Under the pieces are notes generated by a model. The model searched no databases, was not told the origin of the DNA, and saw only the letters and a program-made list of their open reading frames with translations. From an uncultured Rhodospirillaceae bacterium (GTDB lineage: Bacteria > Pseudomonadota > Alphaproteobacteria > JAEUKQ01), in assembly GCA_964414755.1 (NCBI GenBank), contig CAYPXH010000005.1:1-62738 (forward strand): 62,738 nt of DNA. Reading direction: 5' to 3'. Positions 48,719 to 58,739 of the stretch are shown here, one piece after another; the stretch's first letter is position 1, and each line of letters begins with the position of its first letter. Both the position numbers and the translations under genes were made by a program.

Positions 48719-49846
48719 ATGGATTTATTACTAAACGGCTTATATATTTTCTTAGGGTTTATATTTGTCATTACCCTTGTTGTTTTTGTCCATGAATTAG
48801 GACATTTTCTTGTAGCGCGGCTTAATGGTGTCAAGGTTGAAGTTTTTTCTATAGGGTTAGGGCGTGAAATTTTTGGTTTTTATGACCGTCAAGGTACCCG
48901 GTGGCGAATAAGCTTAATACCTGTTGGTGGTTATATCAAAATGATGGGCGATTCTTCTGTCGCAGATAACCAGGAAATAGCAATTAATACAACGACTACA
49001 AGTTCTAATTCAGCATCATTTAACAGTAAAAAAGTCTGGCAAAAAGTACTGATAGTCTTAGCCGGACCGCTTGCGAATTTTATTTTTGCAATCGTTATAT
49101 TTACGCTAATGTTTTGGGTTAGTGGGCGAATGGTTTCTTTACCCATCATCGACGAGGTAATACAAGATTCTCCGGCCAATAAGGCAGGAATTAAAGTTAA
49201 TGATCAGATTCTAGCGCTTGATGGAAAGGAAATTTTTTTAGCAGATGATGTCAGCCGATATATTCAATTAACATCGGTCCAATCTATCTTATTTACCGTT
49301 AATAGAGCTGACAAAGTAATAGATATTATGGTCTATCCAGAACAAAAATTGATTAATGATTTATTAGGTAATACCCAATGTGTTAGGCAAGTGGGTATCC
49401 GTTTTACCAGTCCCGTGTTAAAGGAATTTAGTTTTTCTCAATCTTTTGTTTCTGGTGTTATGCAAACATATCAAATAACAGCAGATAGTTTGAAGGCAAT
49501 TTACCAAATTGTTATTGGTGAACGTTCCGCCAAACAACTACAGGGCATTATATCAACAGCCAGAGTTTCTGGTGAGGTGGCGAAGATAGGCCTGTCGTCT
49601 TTGTTGTTACTCGCTGCGTTTTTATCGGTGGCAATTGGCCTTTTTAATTTATTTCCTATACCGCTTTTGGATGGAGGGCATTTATTGTTTTATGCAATTG
49701 AATTGCTTCGTGGAAAACCATTAAGTATCAAGGTACAAGAGATTCTATTTCGGGTTGGTGTTATTCTGATTGCGCTTATTTTTATTTTGGCTTTATATAA
49801 CGATATAACTGGGGTATTAAAAATTGACCAGGTTATTAAATGCTAG
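48719..49846 (+). CDS. rseP: RIP zinc metalloprotease RseP
   Basis: 375 aa with HELGHFLVA, a PDZ domain, and NLFPIPLLDGGH. Confidence 0.92.
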   Translation: MDLLLNGLYIFLGFIFVITLVVFVHELGHFLVARLNGVKVEVFSIGLGREIFGFYDRQGTRWRISLIPVGGYIKMMGDSSVADNQEIAINTTTTSSNSASFNSKKVWQKVLIVLAGPLANFIFAIVIFTLMFWVSGRMVSLPIIDEVIQDSPANKAGIKVNDQILALDGKEIFLADDVSRYIQLTSVQSILFTVNRADKVIDIMVYPEQKLINDLLGNTQCVRQVGIRFTSPVLKEFSFSQSFVSGVMQTYQITADSLKAIYQIVIGERSAKQLQGIISTARVSGEVAKIGLSSLLLLAAFLSVAIGLFNLFPIPLLDGGHLLFYAIELLRGKPLSIKVQEILFRVGVILIALIFILALYNDITGVLKIDQVIKC

Positions 49847-49933
49847 AAAATTTTATGAGTTACCGATAAATTAGTTGCTTAGTTGATAGTTCAAGTTATT
49901 AAGAATTTAGACATGGTAGAAAGAAGAACAAAT

Positions 49934-52264
49934 ATGCATATTGGGTTTCGACATATACAAAAAATTTTAAAAACTTGCCTTAGCAAAAATTTTTTAGCCA
50001 TATTTGCAGGCCTTTTTATGCTTGCCCCTGTGTATCTATATGGTCAAAATATTCCAACTATTACCGGCATACGTGTTGAGGGTATTCAGCGCATTGAGGC
50101 TGATACTGTTCGGTCATATCTCGGAATAAAGGTTGGAGACCCTCTTGACATTGGTCTTATTGATCAAGCCTTAAAGTCCCTTTATTCGACCGGTTTCTTT
50201 GCAGATGTTCAGATTATTCCTGAAAGAAATGGCTTAATTGTTCGAGTCAAAGAAAACCCAATTATTAATAGGGTAGCATTTGAAGGCAATCGACGTATTG
50301 AAGACAAAACGCTTACATCAGAGGTGCAACTAAGGCCAAGAATTATTTATACGCCAGCAAAAGCTATTGCAGATGCCAAACGCATTCAAGAGGTTTACCG
50401 CCGTAGTGGGCGATTTGCCGCAACAGTTACCCCAAAAATTATCGAGCTTGACCAAAACCGCGTCGATTTAGTTTTTGAAATTAACGAAGGCAGTAAAACT
50501 ACAATTGCTAGCGTTTTGTTTATAGGTAATAAAGTTTTTAGTGACCGAACTTTACGTTCAGAAATTGTTACGCACAGAAGTGCGTGGTATCGTTTTTTAT
50601 CCCCAAATGATACATATGATCCGGATCGCGTTCAGGCTGATATTGAACTGCTAAAAGATTTTTATAATAAAAACGGGTATGTTGATTTTAATATTATTTC
50701 CAATACGGTCGAATTTTTACCCGAACGGAATAGTTTTATTGTTACCTTTACTTTGGACGAAGGAGAGCGGTACAAGTTTGGGTCTATTAATTTGACAACT
50801 AGTTTGCGGAATCTGAATATTGATCAATTAAAACAAAAGATTCTTACGAGAACCGATAGATGGTTTGATTCAAGTAAAGTTGAAGAAACAATTATTGATC
50901 TGACAGAAGAAGTTGGAACATTAGGATACGCTTTTGCAGTTGTTCAACCTGTTTTAGATATTGATCGTGCCAATCGTAAGGTAAATATTAATTATCAGAT
51001 TAATGAAGGTGTTAGAGTTTATGTTGAGCGTATCGATATTGTTGGTAACGTTCGAACTTTAGATAAAGTTATTCGGCGTGAATTTCGGCTTGCAGAAGGT
51101 GATGCATTTAACGCTGCTAAAGTAAGACGTAGCAGACAGCGTTTGTTAAATTTGGGCTTTTTTAGTCGCGTGGATGTGCAAACAAAACAAGGTAGTGCGC
51201 CAGATAAAATTGTTTTGGTTGTTGAGGTGCAGGAACAATCAACCGGAAGTTTAAATTTTAGTATTGGCTATTCAACAAGTGATGGCCCTGTTGGCAGCGT
51301 AACTTTTAGTGAGCGTAATTTGCTTGGAAAAGGTCAAGAATTGACCGCAAATATTACTTTATCTGGGGCTACATCCTCGGCGCAAGTTGGTTTTACGGAA
51401 CCATATTTTATGCAGCGTGATTTAACAGCTGGCTTTGATATTTTTCGTACCCAGTCTGGAGCGCTTAATCTTGGTAAACTTTCGAAAGAAACTGAAAGGT
51501 CGTATAAACAGACAAATACAGGGTTTACATTGCGTGCCGGGTATGAACTTAGCGAACATTTAGCCCAGAATTGGAGCTACCTGTTCTCGTATGATCAAAT
51601 ATTTGATGTGAAGTCCAGCTCACCAGCAGTTCAGCAACAGCGTGGTAATACGATTAAATCTTCTATCTCACAAACATTAAGCCTTGATTATCGTGATAGC
51701 AGGTTTGACACGCGTGAAGGCTATTTGTTGCGATTGTCAAATGAGTTTGCAGGTCTTGGTGGTGACATATTTTATTTAAAATCAAGATTTAACGCTGGTT
51801 ATTGGCTGCCAATTAGTGACAATATAACTTTAGCTGCAACAGCCGAAGTTGGTTATATTCATGGCATTGGCCAAAAAGTAAGAATTGTTGATGCCTTTTA
51901 TCTTGGGGGCGATACTTTGCGTGGTTTTGAATCAGCTGGTGTTGGGCCGCGTGATTTATTAACCAACGATTCCTTAGGAGGCAATATCCGTTTAAAAGGT
52001 ACACTCGAACTTAGTTTTCCGCTTGGGTTGCCAAGAGAATACCAAATTCGTGGTCGGGTTTTTCTTGATGTGGGTACCGTATTCGACAGTGATTTTTCAT
52101 CACCTTTCGTTGTTGACGAACCAAAGATTAGAGCGGCTGTTGGATTTGGTTTTACTTGGCGTTCGCCGTTTGGGCCATTAGCGATTGATTTTGGCTTCCC
52201 AATTCGTAAAGAAAAATATGACGTAAAACAAATCTTTCGTTTTAGTATTGGTACCAGTTTCTAA
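49934..52264 (+). CDS. bamA: Outer membrane protein assembly factor BamA
   Basis: POTRA repeats (I.GIRVEGIQRIE..., V.F.GN...) and a C-terminal beta-barrel ending RFSIGTSF. Start is uncertain: ATG 49934 is preferred, with 49913 or 49883 possible. Confidence 0.9.
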   Translation: MHIGFRHIQKILKTCLSKNFLAIFAGLFMLAPVYLYGQNIPTITGIRVEGIQRIEADTVRSYLGIKVGDPLDIGLIDQALKSLYSTGFFADVQIIPERNGLIVRVKENPIINRVAFEGNRRIEDKTLTSEVQLRPRIIYTPAKAIADAKRIQEVYRRSGRFAATVTPKIIELDQNRVDLVFEINEGSKTTIASVLFIGNKVFSDRTLRSEIVTHRSAWYRFLSPNDTYDPDRVQADIELLKDFYNKNGYVDFNIISNTVEFLPERNSFIVTFTLDEGERYKFGSINLTTSLRNLNIDQLKQKILTRTDRWFDSSKVEETIIDLTEEVGTLGYAFAVVQPVLDIDRANRKVNINYQINEGVRVYVERIDIVGNVRTLDKVIRREFRLAEGDAFNAAKVRRSRQRLLNLGFFSRVDVQTKQGSAPDKIVLVVEVQEQSTGSLNFSIGYSTSDGPVGSVTFSERNLLGKGQELTANITLSGATSSAQVGFTEPYFMQRDLTAGFDIFRTQSGALNLGKLSKETERSYKQTNTGFTLRAGYELSEHLAQNWSYLFSYDQIFDVKSSSPAVQQQRGNTIKSSISQTLSLDYRDSRFDTREGYLLRLSNEFAGLGGDIFYLKSRFNAGYWLPISDNITLAATAEVGYIHGIGQKVRIVDAFYLGGDTLRGFESAGVGPRDLLTNDSLGGNIRLKGTLELSFPLGLPREYQIRGRVFLDVGTVFDSDFSSPFVVDEPKIRAAVGFGFTWRSPFGPLAIDFGFPIRKEKYDVKQIFRFSIGTSF

Positions 52265-52343
52265 ATTATACCTGTGCTTTTTTGGAAAAATTTAGTATTA
52301 TAAAACAGTATAACATTAGTGAATTGTTCATGGAGATTAAAAA

Positions 52344-52913
52344 ATGAATTTATTGATAAACCCGCTGCGTAAGTTCCAGACGATTGTTTTTTTGGCAATT
52401 TTGGTGGTTGGTGGAATCCAGAGTGCATTAGCCCAACAGGCACGGGCACCCGTGGTTGTGGTAATTGATTTTCAGCGTGCAATATTAAGCAGTAAAGCAG
52501 CTAAAAGTTTAACTGAAGAAATAGGCAAACTAACAAAAAGCTATCAGATAGAAATTGCCAAGCAAGAAGACGCCTTACGTGCTGCCCAACGTGAATTGCA
52601 ACTAGAAGCTGATAAACTTACACCTGAACAATTGCAAAAAAAGCAAGAAGCACTTAACGCTTTGGTTGCCAAGTATCAAGCTGATTTTCAACAAAAAAAG
52701 AAAAGACTTGAAGCAATAGATCAACAAGGTTCACAAGCCATCCGCAATACATTAATCGAGGTGTCTCAAAACCTGGCAAAGCAGCGTGGTTATAATCTGA
52801 TCTTGGATAAAGGTGTGGTTATTTTTTCGCTAGATAGCCTTGATATTACAGATGAGATCATCAAATTACTTGATCAGAAACTTCCTGTCGTGAAGATTAA
52901 TATTCCAAATTAG
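52344..52913 (+). CDS. skp: Periplasmic chaperone Skp (OmpH family)
   Basis: 189 aa with a signal peptide and a long coiled-coil Q/K/E-rich region, positioned immediately after bamA. Confidence 0.8.
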   Translation: MNLLINPLRKFQTIVFLAILVVGGIQSALAQQARAPVVVVIDFQRAILSSKAAKSLTEEIGKLTKSYQIEIAKQEDALRAAQRELQLEADKLTPEQLQKKQEALNALVAKYQADFQQKKKRLEAIDQQGSQAIRNTLIEVSQNLAKQRGYNLILDKGVVIFSLDSLDITDEIIKLLDQKLPVVKINIPN

Positions 52914-52927
52914 TAAGAAAAGGTACC

Positions 52928-53404
52928 ATGACAAACTCTTTGAATCACCAGGATACTGCGCAAAAAAGTATTGATATCATGCGTATCATGGAAATGATAC
53001 CGCATCGTTACCCATTTTTGTTGATTGATCGCGTTATCAAGGTAGAAAAAGATGTTATGGCTGTTGCCTTAAAAAACGTCACTATTAATGAAGGCTTTTT
53101 TCAAGGTCATTTTCCCCGCGGTCCTGTGATGCCAGGTGTTTTAATTATTGAAGCAATGGCTCAAGCTGCTGCAATTTTAGTTGTATCAACCCTTGGGCCA
53201 GAATCAGAAGGTAAATTAGTATATTTTATGTCCGTTGATAATGCCCGTTTTCGTCAACCTGTTGTTCCAGGTGACCAACTAGTAATATACGCACATAAAG
53301 ATCGTAGTAGGGGACCAGTCTGGCGATTTAAGGCAGAAGTAAAAGTTGAACAACAACTGGTAGCTGAAGCAGAAATTGCCGCAATGATCCGTGATAAAAC
53401 CTAA
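52928..53404 (+). CDS. fabZ: 3-hydroxyacyl-ACP dehydratase FabZ
   Basis: 158 aa with PHRYPFLLIDRV, GHFP..PVMPGVLIIEAMAQ. Confidence 0.95.
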   Translation: MTNSLNHQDTAQKSIDIMRIMEMIPHRYPFLLIDRVIKVEKDVMAVALKNVTINEGFFQGHFPRGPVMPGVLIIEAMAQAAAILVVSTLGPESEGKLVYFMSVDNARFRQPVVPGDQLVIYAHKDRSRGPVWRFKAEVKVEQQLVAEAEIAAMIRDKT

Positions 53405-53484
53405 AAATTGTGCTTGATAGGCTTTTTTAAGCGAATTAAATTGCCTATCAATTGTCAGAAATCGCTGGCCAATTGGTAAATCTT

Positions 53485-54828
53485 TTAGCGTTTTTCAATT
53501 GGAATATATGGCCGTTGAGGTTCCCCCATATACCTTTGCCTTGGACGACCAATACGTAACGATGGGTCTTCAACCATTTCTTTCCATTGAGCAACCCAAC
53601 CAACGGTTCTTGCCAGTGCAAATAAAACAGTAAACATTGATGTTGGAAAACCTATAGCTTGAAGAATTATTCCAGAATAAAAATCAACATTTGGAAATAA
53701 TTTGCGTTCAACAAAGTATTCGTCTTGAAGTGCTATACGCTCTAACTCCATTGCAAGTTCAAGTAATGGTTGGTTACGTATTCCAAGTGCGTTCAGCACT
53801 TCATGGCAACTTTCCTTTAATACGGCCGCCCTTGGGTCGTAGTTTTTGTATACCCGATGACCAAAACCCATAAGGCGAAATGAGCTATTTTTGTCCTTCG
53901 CTTTTTTAATAAATTCAGGAATTCGTTTCTTATCACCAATTTCCCGTAACATATTAACAACAGCCTCGTTGGCGCCACCGTGTGCTGGCCCCCACAAACA
54001 AGCTATCCCAGCAGCAATACAGGCGAATGGATTCGCTCCACTTGAACCGGCGAGACGCACAGTCGACGTCGATGCATTCTGTTCATGGTCTGCGTGAAGA
54101 ATAAAGATTCGATCCATTGCTTTTACAACTACCGGATTAAGCTTGTATTCTTCTGCTGGTACAGCAAATGTCATATTAAGAAAGTTTGCTGCATAGCTTA
54201 AATTGTTTTGAGGGTAAACAAAGGGCTGACCTATAGAATATTTATAGGCCATTGCAGCAATCGTAGGCATTTTTGCTATAAGTCTGTGTGAAGCAATCAT
54301 ACGTTGCTGTGGGTCACTAATATCTGTGCTGTCATGATAGAAGGCAGACAATGCACCAACAACACCAATCATGATTGACATTGGATGTGCATCACGACGA
54401 AAACCGCGATAAAAAAACTGTAACTGTTCGTGTACCATAGTATGGTGGGTAATAGTATTGGTAAACGTGCTTAATTCATTTTGACTAGGTAGATGCCCCT
54501 GTAAAAGCAAATAAGCGACTTCAAGAAAGGTACTTTTGCTTGCTAAATCTTGAATTGTATATCCACGGTGTAATAAGACGCCACGCTCGCCATCAATATA
54601 GGTAATTTTTGAATCACAACTTGCTGTCGAAGAATAGCTAGGATCATATGTTAATAGTTGATGTTCTGTATATAACTTCCGAATATCAATTGAACGGTCA
54701 CCCACTGTTGGTGACAAAACCGATAAATCGAATCGTTTTTGTGTTTTGTTATCGATAATAGTGACAGAGTCATTATCAGATTGTATAGTTGGCTTGTTAC
54801 CAAGGTTTATTTTGTTTTCACTAGTCAT
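53485..54828 (-). CDS. gltA: Citrate synthase (type II)
   Basis: 447 aa with [10 protein letters not shown] and [14 protein letters not shown]. Confidence 0.95.
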   Translation of the reverse strand: MTSENKINLGNKPTIQSDNDSVTIIDNKTQKRFDLSVLSPTVGDRSIDIRKLYTEHQLLTYDPSYSSTASCDSKITYIDGERGVLLHRGYTIQDLASKSTFLEVAYLLLQGHLPSQNELSTFTNTITHHTMVHEQLQFFYRGFRRDAHPMSIMIGVVGALSAFYHDSTDISDPQQRMIASHRLIAKMPTIAAMAYKYSIGQPFVYPQNNLSYAANFLNMTFAVPAEEYKLNPVVVKAMDRIFILHADHEQNASTSTVRLAGSSGANPFACIAAGIACLWGPAHGGANEAVVNMLREIGDKKRIPEFIKKAKDKNSSFRLMGFGHRVYKNYDPRAAVLKESCHEVLNALGIRNQPLLELAMELERIALQDEYFVERKLFPNVDFYSGIILQAIGFPTSMFTVLFALARTVGWVAQWKEMVEDPSLRIGRPRQRYMGEPQRPYIPIEKR

Positions 54829-54973
54829 TGTATTGCCTGTATAGCATTGATTAGATCAGAAAATAGAAGATTTTCTTTCCAGAATCAATAGGAGACAGCG
54901 GTTTTTTGGTGTTATTCTATTTTAAAGTTGAAATGTAAAATTTATACGTACAAAAAACAGTAAAGTAGCCTTA

Positions 54974-57019
54974 ATGTTTATAATCAGCCCAATATTTCTT
55001 GCAATTGGAATAGCCATATATCATTGGCTTTCATTTGAACCTGCCGACTGGGTTTATATTGCCTTGGCTGTGATAGCCGTAATTTTTATCATTTTATTGG
55101 GTAAGGCAGGGAAGAATCAAAAGATTTTTTTGTCGATTAGTTTGATTATAATAGGGTTTTTAGTGGCAAAATTGCAAGTAATATTAATAGATACAACCAT
55201 GCTATCAAAACCCTTAGAGGGAATAAATGTAGTAGGACAAATAACAAAAATTGAATTAACAGATCAAGGAATTAAAAGAATTATTCTGCGTGATGTTCAG
55301 ATTGAACCACCATTTAACAATATTGTATTAGATGGGTTGCAGATTACAGTTCGATCAAAAAAAACAAATATTAACTTATTTGACCGCATCAAATTACGGG
55401 CATCACTTTTTCCACCTGCAACACCAGTATTTCCAGACGGGTATAACTTTTATCGCGGTTTGTGGTTTCAAGGTATTAGTGCAATTGGCTTTTCAAGCAG
55501 TACACCGCAAATAATTGCGCATGCTACACCTGGAATATATGGGGTTTTTGAATATTATCTACAGCGCACTCGTGAACAACTAACCAATAAGATTAATGCA
55601 GTAATGTCTAAGGATCAGGCTGCCATAGCCCGTGCATTTATTCTTGGGGATCAACATGCTGTTCCTGATAAGATTGTTCAAGATATGCGTGATAGTGGTC
55701 TTGCCCATTTATTATCTGTTTCAGGGCTACATTTAAGTTTAATTTGTTTACTAACATTTGCGTTTTCCAGACGATTGCTACTTTTTTATCCGTTGAATAA
55801 AATACCTTTATCACCTAAGAAGGTTGCAGCTATTTTGGCAATTATTGTGGCCTTCATTTATTTGTTTTTGACTAATGCTGCTATTCCAACCCAGCGATCA
55901 TTTATTATGATGGCTTTGCTGATGGTTGGAATTTTAATTGACCGACATGTTTTTGGTTTTACAACCTTAGCTTGGGCAGCAATTGTTATTTTAGTTTTTC
56001 AGCCATTTACCCTTTTAACAGCCAGCTTCCAAATGAGTTTTATTGCAGTAGCAACAATCGTTGCTATCAATGACCGTTATTATCAAAACCAACAACCTTT
56101 ACTAAGGCCGCTGGTACAAAAAACAAGTTATCTTAGTCAAATAACCAATTATATAACACAGCTGATGGTTATAAGTTTTTGGGTTGGTATTGCCATAACA
56201 CCCATAACTTTATATCACTTCCAGCAGACCAGCCTTTATGCTGTTCTCGCCAATATGGCTGCTATTCCTATTACAAGTTTTATTGTGATGCCAGCAGCTT
56301 TAATTGCAGTATGTTTATCCACGATTGGCTTACAAGATATATTTTTTGTCATTATGGGTATTGGGATTGAAGCAATACTATATATTGCACATTGGGTTAG
56401 CCGGTTGCCAGCTTCATCAATCATAATCGATAATGTTAATCTTATATCGGTTTTTCTATCTGTTGCGGCGGTTTTTATCTGGTTAATAGCATATATTCCG
56501 TATCGTCGGTTATTAAGCGTACTTACTTTGGTTGTAGTTTTGTGTATTAGTTGGTTTTTCCCAAGGAAAACACCAGATATACTCGTGGCAGTACAAGAAA
56601 AACAGGTAGCTATAAGTAACGATAATAAAGGATATTATATCATTGTTGGGCAAAAAGATTCCTTTCTTATTGAAATTTTGAGTAAACGACTTAAGGAAAC
56701 CAGGATTATCCCATTATCTTTCCTAAACAAAAACCCAGCCTTTGCTTGTGATTGGTATCATTGCTCATATGAGTTAAATAATAAAAGAATAGCAATTATT
56801 TACCGATCAGCAGAAATTGATTGGTTTTGTGATCAGGTAGAAGTTATTATCGATCTAACAGCAAAGCTGCAAACAATGTGTCCAAACACCAATGTGGTAT
56901 TAATTAATCAATCAAAGGAGCAACCATTTTACTGGGGGTGGGATGATGGTGATAGGTTCTATTTTTTATCAACGCAAGATATTATTGGCCAAAGGCCGTG
57001 GTCATTGAACACAAAATAG
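54974..57019 (+). CDS. comEC: ComEC/Rec2 family competence channel protein (no recognisable metallo-beta-lactamase domain)
   Basis: 681 aa with an N-terminal DUF4131-like OB region and a polytopic competence domain (AHLLSVSGLHLSL). No HxHxDH motif in the C-terminal region of about 170 aa. Confidence 0.82.
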   Translation: MFIISPIFLAIGIAIYHWLSFEPADWVYIALAVIAVIFIILLGKAGKNQKIFLSISLIIIGFLVAKLQVILIDTTMLSKPLEGINVVGQITKIELTDQGIKRIILRDVQIEPPFNNIVLDGLQITVRSKKTNINLFDRIKLRASLFPPATPVFPDGYNFYRGLWFQGISAIGFSSSTPQIIAHATPGIYGVFEYYLQRTREQLTNKINAVMSKDQAAIARAFILGDQHAVPDKIVQDMRDSGLAHLLSVSGLHLSLICLLTFAFSRRLLLFYPLNKIPLSPKKVAAILAIIVAFIYLFLTNAAIPTQRSFIMMALLMVGILIDRHVFGFTTLAWAAIVILVFQPFTLLTASFQMSFIAVATIVAINDRYYQNQQPLLRPLVQKTSYLSQITNYITQLMVISFWVGIAITPITLYHFQQTSLYAVLANMAAIPITSFIVMPAALIAVCLSTIGLQDIFFVIMGIGIEAILYIAHWVSRLPASSIIIDNVNLISVFLSVAAVFIWLIAYIPYRRLLSVLTLVVVLCISWFFPRKTPDILVAVQEKQVAISNDNKGYYIIVGQKDSFLIEILSKRLKETRIIPLSFLNKNPAFACDWYHCSYELNNKRIAIIYRSAEIDWFCDQVEVIIDLTAKLQTMCPNTNVVLINQSKEQPFYWGWDDGDRFYFLSTQDIIGQRPWSLNTK

Positions 57020-57025
57020 GTATTT

Positions 57026-57715
57026 TTAATATTTGCGAATAATTGTGCGCAGACGACCCTGTATTTTAACTTGTTCTGGTCTATATATCTGCGTTTGATA
57101 GTGCCGATTAGCAGGTTCCAGTGTTATTTTTTTATTTTTGTAGTAGTACTTTTTAAGTGTCGCTTCGTGATTGTTCACCAGAGCAACAACAATATTACCG
57201 CTTTCCGCCGTATCTGTTTTTTCAATAAGTGCTATGTCTCCATCAAATATACCGGCTTCTTCCATCGAGTCTCCGCTTACCTCTAAGGCATAGAAATTTT
57301 TATTTTTGATACCCGTGGATAAAAAATTTGGGGGAATAGAGATTGTCTGGCGTGAATCGTTAACTGCTAAAATTGGCGCACCTGCTGCAATGCGGCCATA
57401 TAAAGGTACCTCTAAAAACTTACTGTGTAACGGAGCCGGTTGATGCGAAAAGCGGTCTGAAGAAACTTCTTGTTTATATTCAGAGGTTAGTGGAATCATG
57501 TAATCGGGCATCCTGGCAATTTCCAGTGCACGTGCCCTCTGCCTTAACTGTTTAATAAAACCGCGTTCAGCTAAGCCATTGATTAATCTAAAAATACCTG
57601 ATTTTGAACGCAACTGAACCGCTTCTTTCATTTCTTCAAAACTTGGTGATATATTGTTTTTTTGGATATAATTGTAAATAAATTGTAATAGTTCTAACTG
57701 TTTGCGTGTTAGCAT
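57026..57715 (-). CDS. lexA: LexA repressor
   Basis: 229 aa with MLTRKQLELLQFI wHTH, and an S24 peptidase domain carrying Ser in VSGDSM and Lys in ATLKKY. Confidence 0.93.
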   Translation of the reverse strand: MLTRKQLELLQFIYNYIQKNNISPSFEEMKEAVQLRSKSGIFRLINGLAERGFIKQLRQRARALEIARMPDYMIPLTSEYKQEVSSDRFSHQPAPLHSKFLEVPLYGRIAAGAPILAVNDSRQTISIPPNFLSTGIKNKNFYALEVSGDSMEEAGIFDGDIALIEKTDTAESGNIVVALVNNHEATLKKYYYKNKKITLEPANRHYQTQIYRPEQVKIQGRLRTIIRKY

Positions 57716-57726
57716 AAATCCCCCAA

Positions 57727-57741
57727 GAACATAAAAGAAAC
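57727..57741 (-). promoter_or_regulatory. Candidate alphaproteobacterial SOS box (LexA operator)
   Basis: Minus strand reads GTTT-CTTTTAT-GTTC, one mismatch from GTTC-N7-GTTC. It lies between the putative -10 and the SD GGGGGA of lexA. Confidence 0.5.
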
Positions 57742-57748
57742 AAAATAA

Positions 57749-57782
57749 GTTTTATGATTATTTGCTTGGTACGTCAAGCAAA
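57749..57782 (-). promoter_or_regulatory. Putative lexA promoter overlapped by an 8-bp inverted repeat
   Basis: Minus strand reads TTGACG (57777..57772), 17 nt, then TAAAAC (57754..57749). The inverted repeat TTTGCTTG-N6-CAAGCAAA (57761..57782) covers the -35. Confidence 0.35.
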
Positions 57783-57829
57783 ATATGCCAATGATCTTTT
57801 TGTCATTATTTCATTACAATGTGGTTGTT

Positions 57830-58738
57830 ATGTATAAACGAATCAAAGGCAAATCCCATTTTTATACATTCTTATACACTGGTTTAATGGGAATATTATT
57901 GTCGGTAGCAGCTTGTTCACCGTCTCATAATATGATTAAGCCAACATCTTCCGATAAAGCCGATGGTGATTTAACAAGCTTGGAACAATCAACGGATCAT
58001 AGATATTTTCAGCAAAATATTACCATTCCTTACAAACCCGTCCCGTTAGGTTTTATAGTTATTATTATCGATGATATGGGTGTTAACCAAAAACTAACAG
58101 AAAAGACCATAGAATTACCGGTACAGCTGACACTTTCGTACCTTCCATATGCGATAAATCTTGAAAAACAACTGTCTATGGCACGTTTAGCAGGGCATGA
58201 GATTATGTTACATCTACCCATGGAACCCTATGATAAAAACACCCCTCTATATAAGGAAACACCTGATATGTTAATGGTAGGGATGAATCAGCAAGAGATT
58301 CAAAATATATTGACAAATGCTTTGCAAAAAATTCCTCAGGCAGTTGCTATTAATAATCATATGGGAAGCAGGTTTACTGAATGGGAAGAGGGCATGGCCT
58401 ATCTTCTACAGATGATCAATAACAATAACATGTTTTTTGTCGATTCAAGAACAACTGCAAACTCAGCCGCATCAAGAATAGCAAAAGCTAATAATTGGTT
58501 ATTAATTGAACGGGATGTTTTTATTGATCATGATGCGGATCAAGTAACAATTAATCGTCAACTTGCGCGTGTTGAACAAATTGCTAGAAAAAGGGGCTAC
58601 GTGATAGCTATAGGCCACCCAACGCAGTTAACATTACGGTCTTTAGAGAGTTGGATAACAACCTTAAAGCAAAAAAATTTGCAAATTATCCCACTATCAC
58701 AGCTGTTAATTTTGCTTCAATTGCAAAACAGAAAATAG
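57830..58738 (+). CDS. Divergent polysaccharide deacetylase family protein (YibQ-like), probable lipoprotein
   Basis: Start preferred at ATG 57830 (MYKRIKGK...LLSVAAC lipobox). Blocks IIIDDMG, HLPMEP, INNHMGSRFT and FVDSRTT. Confidence 0.78.
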   Translation: MYKRIKGKSHFYTFLYTGLMGILLSVAACSPSHNMIKPTSSDKADGDLTSLEQSTDHRYFQQNITIPYKPVPLGFIVIIIDDMGVNQKLTEKTIELPVQLTLSYLPYAINLEKQLSMARLAGHEIMLHLPMEPYDKNTPLYKETPDMLMVGMNQQEIQNILTNALQKIPQAVAINNHMGSRFTEWEEGMAYLLQMINNNNMFFVDSRTTANSAASRIAKANNWLLIERDVFIDHDADQVTINRQLARVEQIARKRGYVIAIGHPTQLTLRSLESWITTLKQKNLQIIPLSQLLILLQLQNRK

Positions 58739-58739
58739 T

